A stretch of 63,477 nucleotides of DNA, the filler included, from Reticulomyxa filosa (Eukaryota > Protista > Foraminifera): assembly GCA_000512085.1 (NCBI GenBank). It is 17 parts of 17 records of this genome, joined end to end, with 100 filler letters (N's around TTAATTAATTAA, not from the genome) between each part and the next. Parts side by side here need not be neighbours in the genome. Positions count along the whole stretch, not along the records: positions 62,338 to 63,477 come from ASPP01013706.1; 16 more parts are not named here. One strand, 5' to 3'. The position numbers were made by a program, and so were the translations under genes. Every line of letters starts with the position of its first letter. Position 1 is the stretch's first letter. A model generated the notes under the pieces. It made no database searches. It was not told where the DNA came from and worked only from the letters and a program-made list of their open reading frames with translations. Positions 62,338 through 63,477 of the stretch are shown piece by piece.

Positions 62338-63477
62338 CTGGGCCAGGAAGTGATGGGCAGCCTTACCCCTAGCCAGGCCCTGATCGGCGTCGTCAACGAA
62401 GAGCTGGTCAAACTGATGGGCGAGAAGAACGACGCCCTCAACCTGGCTGCGGTGCCGCCCGCCATCATCCTGATGGCCGGCCTGCAAGGTGCCGGTAAAA
62501 CCCGACGGTCGGCAAGCTGTCCAAGCTGCTGAAAGACACGCAGAAGAAAAAAAATTCTGGTGGTCTCTGCCGACGTATACCGCCCTGCCGCCATCGAGCA
62601 ACTGAAAATGCTGGCCGAACAGGTCGGCGTGGAGTGGTTCCCGTCGCAAGGCAACCAGAAACCGGCTCGAGATTGCCCAAGCTGCGCTGGATTACGCCAA
62701 GCGTCATTTCTTTGACGTGCTGATGGTGGATACCGCCGGCCGCCTGGCCATCGACGAAGCGATGATGGCCGAAATCAAGGCACTGCACGCCTTCCTGAAA
62801 CCGGTAGAAACCCTGTTTGTGGTGGATGCGATGCAGGGCCAGGACGCGGTCAACACCGCCCAGGCCTTCAACGAGGCGCTGCCGCTGACCGGCGTGGTAC
62901 TGACCAAGATGGATGGCGACTCGCGCGGCGGTGCGGCACTGTCGGTACGCCACATCACCGGCAAGCCGATCAAGTTCATCGGTGTCGGCGAAAAGATCAA
63001 CGGCCTGGAGCCGTTCCATCCCGACCGTCTGGCCAGCCGTATCCTGGGCATGGGTGACGTGCTGTCGCTGATCGAGGATGTGCAGAAGGGCATTGATCAG
63101 GAAGAAGCGGCCAAGATGGCCAAGTAAGCTGAAGTCCGGCAAAGGTTTCGACCTGGAAGACTTCAAGGCCCAGATGCAGCAAATGAAGAAAATGGGCGGC
63201 ATGACCAGCCTGCTGGAAAAAATGCCGGGCGACATCGGCCAGCTGGCCAAAGGCGTACAGGGTGCCGAGGCCGAAAAGTCGATGCGCCGCATCGAAGGCA
63301 TCATCAACTCGATGACCATGGAAGAGCGTCGCAAGCCCGAGCTGATCAAGGCCAGCCGCAAGCGTCGCATTGCCGCCGGTTCCGGCGTCTCGGTGCAGGA
63401 AGTGAACCGCCTGCTGGCCCAGTTTGAACAGACGCAGAAAATGATGAAGGCGTTCTCCTCCAAGGGCGGCATCATGA
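62338..63477 (+). CDS. ffh: Bacterial signal recognition particle GTPase Ffh (partial, frameshifted), high-GC betaproteobacterial-like
   Basis: [58 protein letters not shown] and the M-domain IINSMT.EER..P. GC content is far higher than in the other contigs. Confidence 0.95.

Noticed and set aside
62465-63475. 336-aa minus-strand ORF
   Set aside because: It is the antisense shadow of high-GC ffh.

Overview
This window is not one locus. It is 17 short assembly contigs joined by 16 identical artificial 100-bp spacers (N44-TTAATTAATTAA-N44), so adjacency across a spacer has no biological meaning. Fifteen contigs are AT-rich, intron-containing protist DNA. The expanded WD40, Kelch-caspase and 'HKEQYAWNAKVESE' families, plus a foraminiferan-type SSU rRNA relic, suggest the foraminiferan Reticulomyxa filosa or a relative (recognised from memory, not searched). 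Eukaryotic content: a WD40 tandem array with decayed copies, a divergent Hsp70 relic, a disrupted Kelch-caspase gene, a PP1 pseudogene next to a degenerate GGDEF domain, PDS5, a C2/coiled-coil gene, an H2A.X-like histone, a PKDCC/VLK-like kinase, a RelA/SpoT-like nucleotidyltransferase fused to ankyrin repeats, and a cytoplasmic dynein heavy chain with an apparent SAM-domain insertion. Two contigs are bacterial. One is low-GC and endosymbiont-like (IS1595 in a trpF-like gene, a C26 amidotransferase, and an rluB-like gene cut by a probable second IS). The other is a high-GC betaproteobacterial-like ffh. The most notable leads are the RelA/SpoT-like ankyrin protein, the SAM-bearing dynein, introns with poly-A acceptor tracts often paired with poly-U tracts, and the eukaryotic GGDEF. 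Many frameshifts sit in homopolymers and may be sequencing errors.
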